From the NCBI GenBank assembly GCA_001643675.2, contig LSRY02000070.1, forward strand, positions 62,001 to 126,000: a stretch of DNA of 64,000 bases, given 5' to 3'. Numbering within the stretch: position 1 is the stretch's first letter; each line of letters begins with the position of its first letter. The notes under the pieces were generated by a model that did not search any database, was not told where the DNA came from, and saw nothing but the letters and a program-made list of their open reading frames with translations. Of the stretch, positions 23,700-37,100 are shown in pieces. The translations under genes were made by a program, and so were the position numbers. This DNA comes from Monocercomonoides exilis PA203 (taxonomy: Eukaryota > Protista > Preaxostyla).

Positions 23700-26500
23700 C
23701 ATCAAAAGCAAATGGAGAATTGCCATTCGATTCTGATGCTCCATGAAATTGATTTCTTCCCCTTTTGGAACAGAATTAATTAAAGATATAGAAATGGAAC
23801 TTGATGGGAGAGGACAGCTGCAATCAAGCAAAAGGATTGAGAAGAAGAGTTTCATGACTTTTTTGAGTTCCTGATTGTTTTGTCGAAAGCCAAAGAACAG
23901 CTAATGTTTGCATTCTTGAAGGGCCTCGTTGGTTGTGCTATTTTACAGTTTCTGATTTCATTGAAAAGGATTGAAGTGATTGCTGAAGACAAAAGAAGCG
24001 AAAAGTTCCAAAATCGAAATGGATAAAACAAGCAAATCGTCAATTGCAATTCTTTACAAAAAAAACCAAACGAATGGCAGAAGAACAAGGTTGGATGGTT
24101 CAATTGCAACAGCATCATGGGCCGTCAAAAAATGGATTATTTGAATCAAAATCTATCAAAATTGGTTTAGCACTGGCCAAGCTGCCTGGCTTTGCGCTTG
24201 ATAAGAATTCGACAATGCGTTTTGTTCATCCTTTTCCATTCGAATGATTGAGCATTATTGGTTGCAAAATGCATTTGCATTCGGATAAAAAGATATTGGA
24301 AAAGGAATTATTTGGAGACGACTCTGCTGCCAAGGAGCAATGAAAAAAATGCAAAAATAGTTGTTCTTCTTCTTCAGAGACCAAAAGCATTGGCGTTATG
24401 GATATGGAAGGAATTGGCCGACATTTCAGTTTCTGCTCCATCAGAATGAAGATGAATGGCAAACACTTCTGTTTTCTCAACGAAGATGCACTTGTGGAAA
24501 TGAGGCATTCATCAGGCTGTTCAGAAACTCTTCCTTTTTGCTTCAGCAATATCAGCGCGATGAAAATGTGTTAAAGAATGAAAGGACCTCTTTTCGAATG
24601 TCTCAACAATCCATCATTTTTGTATCAACATCGTTTTCAGATGAAAAGTTTCCTTCTTTTCTGCATTTGAGCTGCTTCGTGATGAACGCATTGCAGGCAT
24701 CGAAAACAACAACATACAAAAATTCTTCATCGTCTTCTTTTTCTTATTCCTCCACTTTCTCCACCATCACCACCACCACCTTCTCCTCCTCTTCCTCTTC
24801 CTCTTCCTCCTCCTCCTCCTCCTCCTCTTCTTCTTCTTCTTCTTCTCCTTCTTCTTCTTCTTCCTTTTCTTCCACTTCTTCCTCTTCCTCTTCTTCTTCT
24901 TCTTCTTCTTCTTCTTCTTCTTCTTCTTCTTCTTCTTCTTCTTTGTACTTATGTTTTATCAACTTTTTCGTGAATAACTCTTGTCCATTATTCGTAATCA
25001 TCATCTACAAAAAGAAGAAGAGTTTGTTTTGGATGAAGCGATAAAATGAAATATCATTTTTTGAATGAACGAAAACAACACATCGCTTGATTTGAACATC
25101 ATTCAAAAGAAAAGGAGATATCTGGAGAAAGAGAAGAAAAGGATGAATCATAGAGACATGTTATGAGGCAACTCCCCAAACTGAAAGAAAGAAAGAAAGA
25201 AAGAAAGATAACTGGAAGAACAAAAGAAGATAAAAGCGAGAAATGTTACTAAAAGAAAAGCTGTTTGAGGAATGGCAAAGAAGAACTTGGGCGCTATTTT
25301 TTTTTTTTTTTTTGTTGTTGGATATTTGATGCTTTCATCCTTCATCCAAACATGAAACTTGATTTATTGCATCAGCTGAAGCAACAACGTGGTGAAAGAA
25401 AATTTTTCCGAAATTGTGTCTTTCGGAGATTTTCATGTCGGAAAAGAAAATATCAACACTGTTTCTGAAGAAAGAAGGAAAGACATCTCTTCAATTTCTG
25501 CAAATACAAAGGAGCACCAAAACGAATGAGAAAAAAAGAGGAGGAGGAGGAAGAAGAAGAAATGAACAATGAAAGACTGAAATATGATCTTCCATGGATT
25601 TTATTGAAAACAATACAGCTTAAAAGAGAAGATGAGCAGAAAAGAGGGGAAGAAAGCGCTTGGCCGTTTGGAGATCATTGAAACCAGCTGAACACAAGAC
25701 AATCGAATCAACACTGAAACAAATAACTTATTAAAAATGAGGCAGAAAAAGCAATAGAAGCAGTTGAAGCATCAACAAAAGAAGAAGAAGAAGATACTTT
25801 TTATGTCTTATTGGAGACAACGAAGCGAATTTATAATATTTTTTGTTTCAACTCTGCACAATGAACTTTTTTGAGAGGAATTTTCGTTTTGTTTATCATC
25901 CCAGCTTGAACTGACTGAGAAGACTACTGACACAACAAATGACTCAAAATTTGATGTTTATTGAAGCAACAGAGAACGTTGTGGATATTCATCAGCAATC
26001 AACGTTATTTCATTGGAATGGTTTTTGAGCATTTTCTTCTTCAATCCCAAACTTTTGAGCATTTTGTAGGAATTTTGTGAAAATCCAATTGATATTCAAC
26101 AACAGCAATTTTTGCAGCAGAAGCATTGTTACTGCCAATGGACTTATAACGCAACACACAAAATGATGATACGGCATTTCCATTGATTCAGAGCCTACTT
26201 TCTTCCTTCCTTCTCACTTCCACATCTTCAACAAAGAAAACATAAGAATCACGACAAGGATGTTTCTTCTTCGACTTTTGAATAGAATGGATTCAAGATC
26301 CCCAAAGGCTGTTAATGAATTTGTGTTGCTTGAGAAGTATTTTGCTGTTGAAGAATGATCGGAAAAAACAAAAGAAAGCCCTTTTACAGAAAATATTAAC
26401 TGGCTTTGAGAATGTTGTGTTTCAATCGTCTTCATTCCTTGTAAATTCTCCTTTTCTCTTGCTCATTCAAAATTGGTTTCTGATGTCATGTTCTTGATGG
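23700..26500 (+). pseudogene. Decayed coding fragment, possibly fungal/mycobacterial-type fatty acid synthase (end of enoyl reductase to MaoC dehydratase)
   Basis: Coding-like composition, a poly-Ser tract (~24725-24941), many stops and frameshifts. Motif remnants in FAS order: VCILEGP (23906-23926), ENPIDI..FAAEALLLP..THKM (26079-26165), GFENVVF (26402-26422). Matched by eye only. Confidence 0.4.
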
Positions 26501-27035
26501 CAATCTGACGAGGCGCGTTGGAAAGCAAAAGAGAAAGAGAAAGAGTGCAGCTTTGACAGTAAAACAACAATTGACTACCCAATCGCCAAAAGAAGGACTT
26601 ATTTTCTTGCTAATAGAATTCACCTCATTAATTCCTATTTTCGTTCAGTGGGTTTTGTTTTCTCTTCTTCAATTCAACGAGTTCAGTTGGAATTTGGTAA
26701 AACAAGGGAAGAATCTGAAAGAATACAAACTTCTGAAAAGAGCATAGGACTTTTCGCTTAAGACAGTAAAAGAATAAGTGAATATTGGATAGTTTTCATG
26801 AAACAGTTGAGCGGACAAATCATTTGATGAAGTCTTTTTAGTGATTAAAGAAAAAAGGAAAACATTTTTATGATTATTTTGCTTTAACATTTCATCAAAA
26901 TGAAGTGAGATAAAAAAAAATAATGTTTCTTAAAAAAGATTCAAATAGTTGTTTGTTTTTGACTTTGCAAATTGAAAAGAAAAGAAAGAAAGAAGAAAAA
27001 TTGAAATATTGGGTTTCAAAACACAATAAATATCT

Positions 27036-28492
27036 TCAAATTATGATAAAACAATCAGAAATATTCAAAGATGAGCCAAGATCAAACACTCTAAACGAAA
27101 AATGCTTTATTTTTTGAATGCTAATGATTGCATCTTCATATCCTTCTTCCTCCAACTTATCAAAAATTTGTCTATTTGTTTTCTTCAGAACTGCTTCGCT
27201 ATTTTCTTCATTCGCCTTTTCTTTCAAGCTTTTTGACAAAGCGCAAATGAATTCCTTCCATTTTTGAACGGATACTCCATTCAATGTTCTTTGTGCCATT
27301 TCCTCCAAAAAAAGGTCAACGACCCCGCTTTTCAGTAAACTGCCATTTTGTATCGCTTTGTTTTTTGTAATTTCTGCAAATAAATTTATGCATTGTTCGC
27401 TTATTTCACTGTGATTATCTCTTGATGCTCGAAACAGATCAACAATGCGGCTGATAAGCTCAACATACTCTTCATTCCACAAATGACATGAGTAGAAGTA
27501 ATAACCAATTGGGCCGAACCACCTCGAAATAATATCCATTGCTTTCCTTTCTGTTTCCCCCATCTCTTCTTCTTTCTTCTTCCAATCCACGCCCTTTGAC
27601 AACTCTTCCACTTCTCTTCTTGCTTCTCTTTCAAAATGCAGCTCATTCACAATTGTATCTTCCAAACTACTTTCTTGTAAAAGCCTATCCATTAAAAACT
27701 TCCAAGCAGATTGATAAGCCAGCCGCGTTAGGTTGTGATGTTCCTGGTGATATTTGATGATTTCTGTGATCTCCTTCAAATAAAGTTCTTTTTCGATTTG
27801 CTAATAATAAATAAATTAATTAATAAATTAATAAATTAATAAATATTACAAATTTTCCGATCAAAAATAATAAAGAAGTGCTCATACGTAATATCTGCTT
27901 ATACAACTAAAAGCAAAAAGTGCCATTTCCACTTCTTTTTGAGTCTCCTCATCTTTCTCTTTCTTCAAAGCAACATTCAGAAGACAAGGCACACAGATTC
28001 CATACAATTCTTTTGGAAGCGTTAAAAAAAGATGGCTAATTAGAAAAATGCATTCGCAAAGATCAGCCATAAGCTTTTCATCTTTTCCTTCTTTTTTCTC
28101 ATTTTCATCAATGATCATCTTCTTAAATCTTTTGTTCAATGAAGATCTTTCAAAGAATAGAGTCATAATTTTTTTCAACGCTTTGCAATAACCCATGTGC
28201 TTTAACAACAAGATTGCATTTCCCATCGTCAGTTTCTTTTCTTCAATCATTTTGAGTATTCTATTGAACAGTTCTTTTATGATAACTGAAATTAATTCTT
28301 TTTCATCCATTTCTTCCATCAATCCATTCATTTCTTCGATTTTCTGTTTCTGCTCTTCCTCATTGCAATCTTCAAGCTCAGAAAACAATTCTAAAAAAAA
28401 TAAAAATAAAAATAAAATCGCAACTATCAAGAATTCAAATGCAACAATGAGCACAAACCATTAAACATTTTGATTCTACTCGTTGTCTGCAT
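27036..28492 (-). CDS. Helical orphan family paralog 2 (~433 aa); join(28492..28459,28390..27888,27800..27036)
   Basis: Same motifs and intron positions and phases as paralog 1; GT-AG introns of 68 and 87 nt restore the frame. Confidence 0.85.
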
Positions 28493-28569
28493 TTTTGAAA
28501 ATGCATTGTTTAAAGAAAACAATGAATATTCGTCATTTGTATTGAATTTGCACATCATTGGAAAGAAGA

Positions 28570-29240
28570 AATTGGGGCAAAATATAAACTCAAAGCAACC
28601 ATGAATATATAAGTTATTATACCATTCTATGTTGTTGGTATTATTTGGCAAGGCGTTTCTAAGAAAGAAAGAAAAAACGATAAACCTTTTTCGGGTTTGT
28701 TGTTATGGATGTTCAGATCAATTGTTTGAAAGAACAAAAATATTCCATGCATAAATGAGAGTTCGATGAGCGAAAATTTTCTACTGAACAAAATATATTA
28801 TTGTGTGTGGCTGCGGAAGGTAATGATGGAGATGCATTGATTTTGGAATGCTTTCATTATAATTTAAAAATTGGTTGACCAAGGAAATACAACAATTTTA
28901 TTTTTGGACAAAAATATCTGTATGTATGTACTTTTAATTGTTCTATTGATTGTGAGGATTTTTCTATCTGTAACCTTTCCAAAGTCCAGGAATTCTGCTT
29001 ATTGTTAAAATGGCCAATCTCCTCTTTCAAGAGCATTACGACCGGAATGAAGCTGATCATTGCATATCAATTAGCAAATAGATGAAGTTATGCAAGTGCC
29101 ATTCTTTTCATTGTTTTTATTTGGAACGAGTGATGAAACCAAATTCGAAAGTTAAACATTTGGATGAAGATGAAAAGGATGGAATTCTGTGGGAAATAGA
29201 ATTGGAAAAAATTTGCTTAGAATCTCGGAAAATAAGATCG
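28570..29240 (+). mobile_element. Possible decayed reverse-transcriptase relic, copy B, divergent from paralog 2
   Basis: Nucleotide similarity to 60190-60830 (e.g. aattggggcaaaatataaactcaaa vs aattggtgcaaaaataaaactcaaa; gcattgattttggaat vs gcattgatgatggaat). RT motifs are heavily degraded here. Confidence 0.3.
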
Positions 29241-29299
29241 GGGAACAATTTTGGTTATTTTTGGCAAGACAAGAGAGACATTTTCTGCCAATGATGATA

Positions 29300-31300
29300 G
29301 ACTCATTCCAAACCAATAAAACTCGATATTGGCCGCATAAACGAGAGTGAGACAACCATTTCTGCTTTTGGAAAAAATTCACCTGTTCTTGGTGGAATTT
29401 TTTTTTTGAAAGTGAAGCATTGTTTTTCATGAAACAAATAGAATGAAAACGAGGAAGATCAACAGCTCCTGATTCAGTCCATGCACTTGTTCTTCGAAAA
29501 TTACAAAACAAACAATGTGGACTTCAACTATTTTCCGTCTCATGCTTTTGCTCCATTTGCAAAAAGGGTTGATAGAAAACATGCCGCTTTGTCTTTATTG
29601 TTTCGGCTTTTTTGCAATCATAAGGCAATATTTAATGGAATAATTCTTCTGTGCTTTCATCATCATCTTCTTCTTCTTCATCTTTTGATTTCGCGCCTGC
29701 TTTATTTGTTAATGTAACATAAATCTCGATCTCTTGTGGGCTATTTGAAGCAGAGGACCGATTCCAGCCATTGATAACTGCGAGTGAAGGATTTGCATTT
29801 TCAGCTTTTTCGTCATCTGCCTCTGAAATAATCGAACCGTTTCATTCGATCCGTTTCAAATAATTTCCAAACCATCATGTTATTCGCAAGATTCAGTTGT
29901 TGATATCTTGTTCTTCAGCCACATCACCTTTGATGACGTTTTCTCTTTCAAGACAAAAAACATTCCTCATCTTCTTCACATTCAAAAAAATCCAACTTTC
30001 CTCAATTGTTTCGTCATTGTCACCAAATATTTTCATATTAAGCACAATTTCTATCTTTTCTTCAATTTCCTCATTCTCTCCCATTTCACTTTGCTTCATT
30101 GCGCTTGCTGCTTCGGCTGCCAATGTATTGTTCTGAGAAAGAGTCGGCGAGACTTTATTCATCTGGCGAAAGGGATAATGGCAATGTGCATACACCAAAG
30201 TGGAGAGGATATCATCAACAGATCAAACAGATTGAAGAACAATTGAAGTGCATTCACAGCATCTGCAGCTCAGACTGGAAAAGAACGTTCTCCACCACCA
30301 ACTCGATGTTCATGTTTCTCTGTTTCTTTCGCTCATGAAGAAAGCATCGAAAGAGAAAAGTTCGATGAAAGGATATCATTTCATGACAATTCAACATGTT
30401 ATGTGAAGCACTTAATGGCACTTTGTTGTGAAATCCCCAAAATTCAGAAGTTTCTCTCGATGGGGAAGAATGAAGAGCACGAGATGAGCAGTTGGCTTGG
30501 TCAAAGCATTCTGTGAATGGTTTTGAAGTCTTGTGACATGGCCACATTTCAGTGCTCAAGAAGGGTTTATGGCAGAAGGAAAGGATGAGGAACTCCCATT
30601 TTCTGATGATAGAATATCACTTTTCTGTTATTTTCAGCATGAAATGAATGAGGAAGGAGAAGAGAATCATGGAGTTTATGGAGAAGCAAGTGGTGCAGAG
30701 GAATGAGAATAGGGAGAAGAAGGAGGATGGGAACGTTATCGTTGGCTCAGCTATTCATTTGAATATATGGAAATTCTCAAAACATTGCAGCAGCCAAATT
30801 AATGGAGTATTTCCTCTTCTGCATCTTCTTCTTATGCTTTCAATCATCGATTGATTTCTGCTCCATTCATATTCATCTGAGAGGCAAATCTTTTTCCTTT
30901 CTTCTGCTTTGAATGACCTCATAAAGAATTCTATTTGGAGGGTCTGCCAATTCATATTGGAATATCTTCAATGTTCTCTTTGTTTTTCATTGAGAAAGCT
31001 TCATTGGATTGCCTCACAACCTGCGTTTGGCAAAGTTCACTTACCATTTACGCGACGAATCAGTTAAAGCGGAAACTTCTTTGTATATTTCCCACACCGT
31101 TTCCACTGTGTTTTTCCAGACTTTGATTGAGCTTGAAAAAGGTTTTCTGAGTTTTGAATTTTTTCATCGAAGATTTTTTGTCATTCGCTTTTTCAGTTTT
31201 TGAACATTTTCTTTCTGGTTTGTGAAGTGACACTTTCATCTTCTTCTCAAAATTGGCATATACGTTTTTATTGGAAGAAGCAAAACTTTATCTAGTCTTT
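29300..31300 (-). pseudogene. Decayed coding-like fragment of unknown gene
   Basis: Higher GC than flanks, short broken ORFs with Glu/Lys-rich stretches. One SVDDILSTLVY segment weakly recalls a VPS9 motif but is not enough for a call. Confidence 0.35.
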
Positions 31301-31846
31301 TGCTTCTTTCTTCTCTTCGAATTCTGAAATAGAAAAAGGAGATTCAGCTCCTCTTTTTCTTTTTTTTCCTTTCTTTTGTTAGAATTCCTATTTTTTCATG
31401 TGCATTTGTTTTAACGATTGTCGTCGACGAATTGTTTTGGAAGTTTGATTGCAACAACGCGCTCTTGAAATGTTTTTTTTTCAAAGCAATTGAAACACTT
31501 GCTTTTAATAATAATCATTTTTCTTAAATTCAGTTTATTCACAATAAAAAAACATATCTATTTTTTTTAATAATCTTTTTTATTAAAAATGAACATTGAA
31601 TAGAACACGATAATATGCAAAATTTCTCCTTCAAATGAAGAGATCTTTTTTTTTTTTGAATGATCATAAATACCAAAATGAGTTAGTTAGCCGAAAGAAA
31701 AACATCTATAGGTGTGGCAACTTAGCATTATTCAAATCGCAATTTTATGATTTCAATTTTATTTTTTGCGATAGCTGTTTTTTCAATTTCAATTCTGCGG
31801 AAGGTTACTTCATTTGCAATTTGAATGGAAAAAAATATTATTCAAA

Positions 31847-33301
31847 ATGGAAGCGACTGATGTGAGGAATGCAATTGAAAAATTGAGAGTGTTGTTTCCT
31901 ATTGCATATGAAATGTTAAGTTTGCAAGAATTTTTTTTTAGGAAATATTTTGTATTTTTTTTTCAAATCTTTGAAGAATTACTTTCTGAGCTGGAACGTT
32001 GCTCAGAAATTGAGCTAAATCAGAATATCGAAAAAATGAATAAAGTGGTTGATGAAATGGATGAAAAAGAATTGCAATCCGTGTTTATCATTGAGTTGTT
32101 CAAAAAAATCGATGAAATGATGGATGAACAGAAAATATCATTGGACATTATTCTGACAATTCTGAAGCGTTTTGGATTTAACACTGCGATTAAAAACATA
32201 CTACACCCTTGTTATAAGAGTTCTTTGCTGGGAAGGAAAATTGAGAAGATGATTATTGATGAATATGAGAAAAAAGATGGAAGAAATGAAAAACTAATTG
32301 TTGATCTTTGCGAATGTCATCAAGCTTTGTCGGGCAAATATTCCAACATCTCAAAAGAACTAAGTTCGATCTGTGTGCCATGTCTTCTGAAAGTTGCGTT
32401 GAAGAAAGAGGAAGATGAGAAAACACAAAAAGAAGTGGAGATGGCTTTATTGGCATTGAGTTGCATTGATGAACGTTATGTGTGAGCATTTCTATTTCAT
32501 TTTTGATGTTTTTTATTTCCTCTTTTTTATTAGAAAATCGATGAAGAATTGTATTTGGATGAGATAACAGAAATTATTAAATATCACCAGGAACATCACA
32601 ATCTGACTCAACTTGCTTATCAGTCTGCTTGGCAGTTTTTGATTAACCGATGTATAGATGAAATAGAACCGAAAAATGGGCTTGTGTATGATTTGAATTT
32701 TGTGAAAGAAGTCACAATAGAACTGGAAGAGCTGACAATACGTTTAACTTTGAAGATAAAAGAAGAGGGAGAGGGAGGGAAGGAAGTTTATGAAGCGATG
32801 ATTATTAGGAGATGGCTTCTTTTGCTGAAAGTGTCTTTAAGAGAACTCATGTTATGGAAGGAGAAATGCTATGAACTTGTGGGCAGCGTTATGAGGGCAT
32901 TACATGCGACTAAGAATTATTTCAGTGATTCGAGCTATGAAACTGTTTGCCTTTTAGAAAGCATGGCGAAAAACAAAGGAATTCCGCTTGATGCTCTGTA
33001 TAAGGAAAAGGCAATTGATGTTATTTTGGAGGAGATTCTACAAACAAGATTGAAAATTCGCATATTTCATGAATGTTTTGCGTTTTTCAAGTTTCTAACT
33101 GGAAGATTGAATGAAAAGATGAAAGAAGAAAATGGGAAGGCAAAGCAAAAAGAGCTGAAAAGAAAGATTTTTGACAAGCTGGAAGAAGAAGGATACGAAG
33201 ATTTAATTACAAGTTTCCATGAAGTGTTGCGTCATTGTTCAAAAAGTTATAGATATTCACTTATGTTTACGAATTCCTCTGATTATTTTGTGCGTATGTG
33301 A
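31847..33301 (+). CDS. Helical orphan family paralog 3 (~447 aa); join(31847..31919,31977..32479,32534..33301)
   Basis: Same motifs and intron positions; introns of 57 and 54 nt; exon 2 is 503 nt as in paralog 2. Confidence 0.85.
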
Positions 33302-33399
33302 AGCAGTTGCTATTTTCAGGTCAATTCTTTATTGAATTATTTTAGATTATCATTTGGCATAAAGAAGAAAAGGAAGAAAAATTAAAAGAGAAGACAGAC

Positions 33400-33805
33400 A
33401 TCCGCAAATAATCGATGAAGAATTCGATTCTTCCTCTTAATTCAGATCATTGAGCAAGCATATCATGACCATCTCATTCATCTCATTCATCCCATTCATC
33501 TCATTCAATTCATTCATCATCAACACAAAGAAAACATTGAGAATTTCAATCAGAATGTTTTCTTCTTCACTTTTTTGGTTTGAAAATTTCAAAAAGTCTT
33601 TGGTATTTATTTGATTTTTTTTCTTCTTCTTCATTGCTTCTTGCCACTTTTTCATCTCATTTGAGCAATGCAACAGAATTGTTATTGAAGACTTCTTTTT
33701 TTTAACTCATTTGCACAAATCTCAAAAATATTCGTCTCTTTCACTGCTTTTTTCTTTCACTTCTCAAGTTCAATGAAATTTTAGAGAAAGATGTTGAAAC
33801 TGTGA
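33400..33805 (-). pseudogene. Short decayed fragment of a Glu/Lys/Met-rich helical protein gene
   Basis: Acceptor-like ctttctcacag near 33800, followed by a broken frame that includes ORF 33437..33673. Confidence 0.3.
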
Positions 33806-34105
33806 GAAAGAACACAAACAACAATATAGAGGAGAAAAGAATAATGGAGATGAAGATTAAGAGATTATATCTTGAAAAGAGAAGTGAACATAATTTTATA
33901 AACATCGAAAAAAGTATTGTTTGGATTTATTGAGTGAAAAATCAAGAAATGATAACAATTTTAGAAAACAATCTTCCTTTTTTTATATTTTATGCATTTT
34001 TGTTATTTTTTTGAATAAATGGAAAAAACATGAATACAGTGACTCTTCAAATAAACAATTAATATCTTTTCCAAATGAGATGTGAGAAAAACAAAAAATT
34101 TAAAC

Positions 34106-37100
34106 ATATGTGTGATTTTTTATGGGATCATTAAATTCGACTCTTCAAATGTGATAGATTGAATTTGAGAAAAAAACACTTTATTTTTTAAAAATAATTT
34201 ATTATAATAATAAATGTGTATTTTTCTTTGAAAAGCGACATGATTTAAATTTTATTCCTTAAAAAATGATCATAAGTTGTCGATCATAATGTTCCCCTCA
34301 TTTATTTTTGTGAATTCCACATTTGTATTTAATTCACATATCCTCGAATATGAAGTTTCAATAAGATCGATATTACATAAACTATCAACTAACTTTTCAT
34401 TTTTGATTTAAAAAATTATCTATTAGTTGTTATTTGTGTCAAACTATTATTTTCATAAATATTGACCTTTTTTGTTTCTTTAATTTGAATTGACATTTGG
34501 TTTTTTTGAACTTTCATAAACATTTCAATATTTCAATGAGTTGATAAAACGAAAAAGTTAAAGGTCGTATATATTGTATTATTTATTGAAAGTTAATGAT
34601 AACTAAAATTCAAACGTTTTAATACTCATGGATGAAAAACTATATTCAAGAATTTGAACAAATTAATTGATCACATATGTTTTAATAAAATTTTAATATT
34701 ATCTGCAATTAAAACATCAAAAGGCTTGAAATCAAAAACTCAAAATGATATTTATTATTTACTGAATCAAAACATGAATCACGTTTTTTGTCGATGTGAT
34801 TTTCTCTTTCGAATTTTTTTCTCATCTTTTTCTTTTTCCTTTCATTCATTGTAAGAAGAAATAAATATCTGCAAGTTCTCATCGTTAGAAAACGGGAAAA
34901 TTGGCGGATGATTAACATTTCTGATCCTTATGTAAATGAAGTGTTCCTGTTATTGGAAGATCTACCGATAGACGTTTTGGGGTATCTGAAAAATCTTCCA
35001 GAGGTTGGTCCTTCACTGAAGTCTTCGCATCACTCTGCGCCTTTATAATTTTCTCTATCCTCTTTTTCTTCTTCAACTGGAGCATAACTCTATTTTGGCT
35101 CTTCAATCTAGATGTTGAGAAGAAAAGAGAAGAATATAACAGGGGAAATAAATGATCCGTATCTTCATCAGTGCCTTCGATTTTCCCATCGGATGCCTCG
35201 GCGGTGGTGGCGTCATGGATGTCGGCAGCAGCTATGAATGAAATCGAGATTCGACTGCGGATTTTGGTGCCTGAGGCGGCTTGGGTGTATGCACGGCACA
35301 AGCAGATGTTGCTGCAGAAGCTGTCTGGTTATGTTGAAGCGCGGTGGGCGGTGCTGTTTGGGGGCATTGTGCGCACCTTTGATGTGGTGCTTTCGGTGAT
35401 GTTTTCTATTACGCTGGTTGCTCCGCTTCCGTCAATTGATGAATCGCTGTTGATGAAGTCTGGAAGCAAGAACATCTTTGTTGTGGAAGTGTGAATGTGT
35501 TCCCATCGATCTTCAAATCTGTTGAGCCCGTCGCTGCTTTTGTCTGCGCCAGCGTGGCTGATGTCGCGATCACAGCTGTCGAGGAGAGTTGTGGTGATGA
35601 ATAAGGTGTAAGAGGAAGTGATGCGGAGAGTGTTTGCAGTGTGAAAAGCGCTGGAAAAGTTGGGGAGATGGTGGTGGAGGCGGAAAGGTTGAAGATGGAG
35701 TATGTCAATCAGGTGATAAAAGCGATTAAGCTGGTTGTTCTAGAGGAGTGAGAAGAAGCAATAGAAGCAGAAGAAGGGGAAGAAGAAGGATAAGAGTGAG
35801 GAGGAGGAAAAGAAGAAAAGTAAAAAAAAAACATTAAGTGGTGAAACAGGAGACGGATAAGAAGATTACGGAGTTCAACATGAAGACGAAATATATTTGA
35901 AATGACAAGCGGCTATTGAAGCTGACAAATGGCTAATGGAGGAGAACAGGAGAATGGCAATCTCATCCAGATGAGTGATTGGAAGATTCTTCAGCTGAGC
36001 GAGAAGTGCAATGAAGAGGTGAAGGAGCTGCAGGTCAGTCTGTTGCGATTTTGAGAAGGTTGAACTGAGTGTTGTGGGGTTTTTTAATGAAAAGAAACGC
36101 ATGATGCAACAGGGCGAGGTTGTGAGTGTGGATGGCAAGTGGAAGCTTGTGGGTTGGAGGTAACACTTTTCATATCTTCTTCGTTGGTTTCTCTGTGTAA
36201 GAAGTGAAGGTTCTGTTTTTCATTTCGTTAATTCTTCAGTCGCATCTATGTGAAAAATTCCAGGAGATGTTTTCAACGAGTATAGAAGATTGCAGAGCTG
36301 TGATGTTCGACACAAACCCGAGCTGGAAGTGTGTTGATATGAAAGCGGGAAGCAGAGTGGGTGTTGTGGGAGAAGCAAGCAGGGGTGGAGCAGAAAACGT
36401 TGGCGATGGTGATGGAGGATGAGTTGATACAACTGTGAAGCAGAAGATGAACCAGATAAAGAATGAAACGAAGATTCTGAAAAAGCTGCTGAAAATGCAC
36501 GCACAGACAACAAGAAAGCAGAAGGCGCTGTTCAAGGAGGTGATTGAGAATCAGAAGAAAAGTGAAGCTGTGCAGAAGGCGATGATTCACCGGGTTTAGC
36601 TGAACCTGAAGGATTTTGCGGAGGAACGGATGTTTGGAAAGTTTGTTCATGAATTGTTCACTAAAAATGAACTGTTGTTCTTCTTGTTCTTTGATATCGT
36701 GCTTGAAGGGTGTTCTGTTGCAGCAGCCGATGGAAGAGAGCGAAAACTTCCTGATAGAATCGTTCCGAATGTTCCGGAAGTGCTCCAATACGTTGCTTAA
36801 AGGGATTTCTGAGAAGAAGAACAGATATTTTTTGTGAGTTTGAGAGGATGACGTTGGAGAAGTGAGAGGCAGACGCATCTGTGTTTCTGCGGCTTCTGCC
36901 AAACTACTTCCGCGCAAAGGCGGCGAAGCTGAAGGAGGAGATGAAGGTGCTGCATGATGACAAATGTTCTGAAAATGCATGGACTTCTTCATTTTTACCA
37001 TCAGTGGCAGCTTTCAGAGGAATTGTGTTTGGAGAACAGGAGTCTCTTCTGTGTGTGCTATTCGCAGACTCCAAAGTCGCTGTCGCTGCGGATCTTCCGG

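Noticed and set aside
30185-30225. VPS9-like SVDDILSTLVY motif
   Set aside because: A single short motif in broken frames; too weak to name the pseudogene.
31888-31900. Apparent loss of the intron-1 donor in paralog 3
   Set aside because: A canonical A|gtttgc donor of the right phase exists at 31920.
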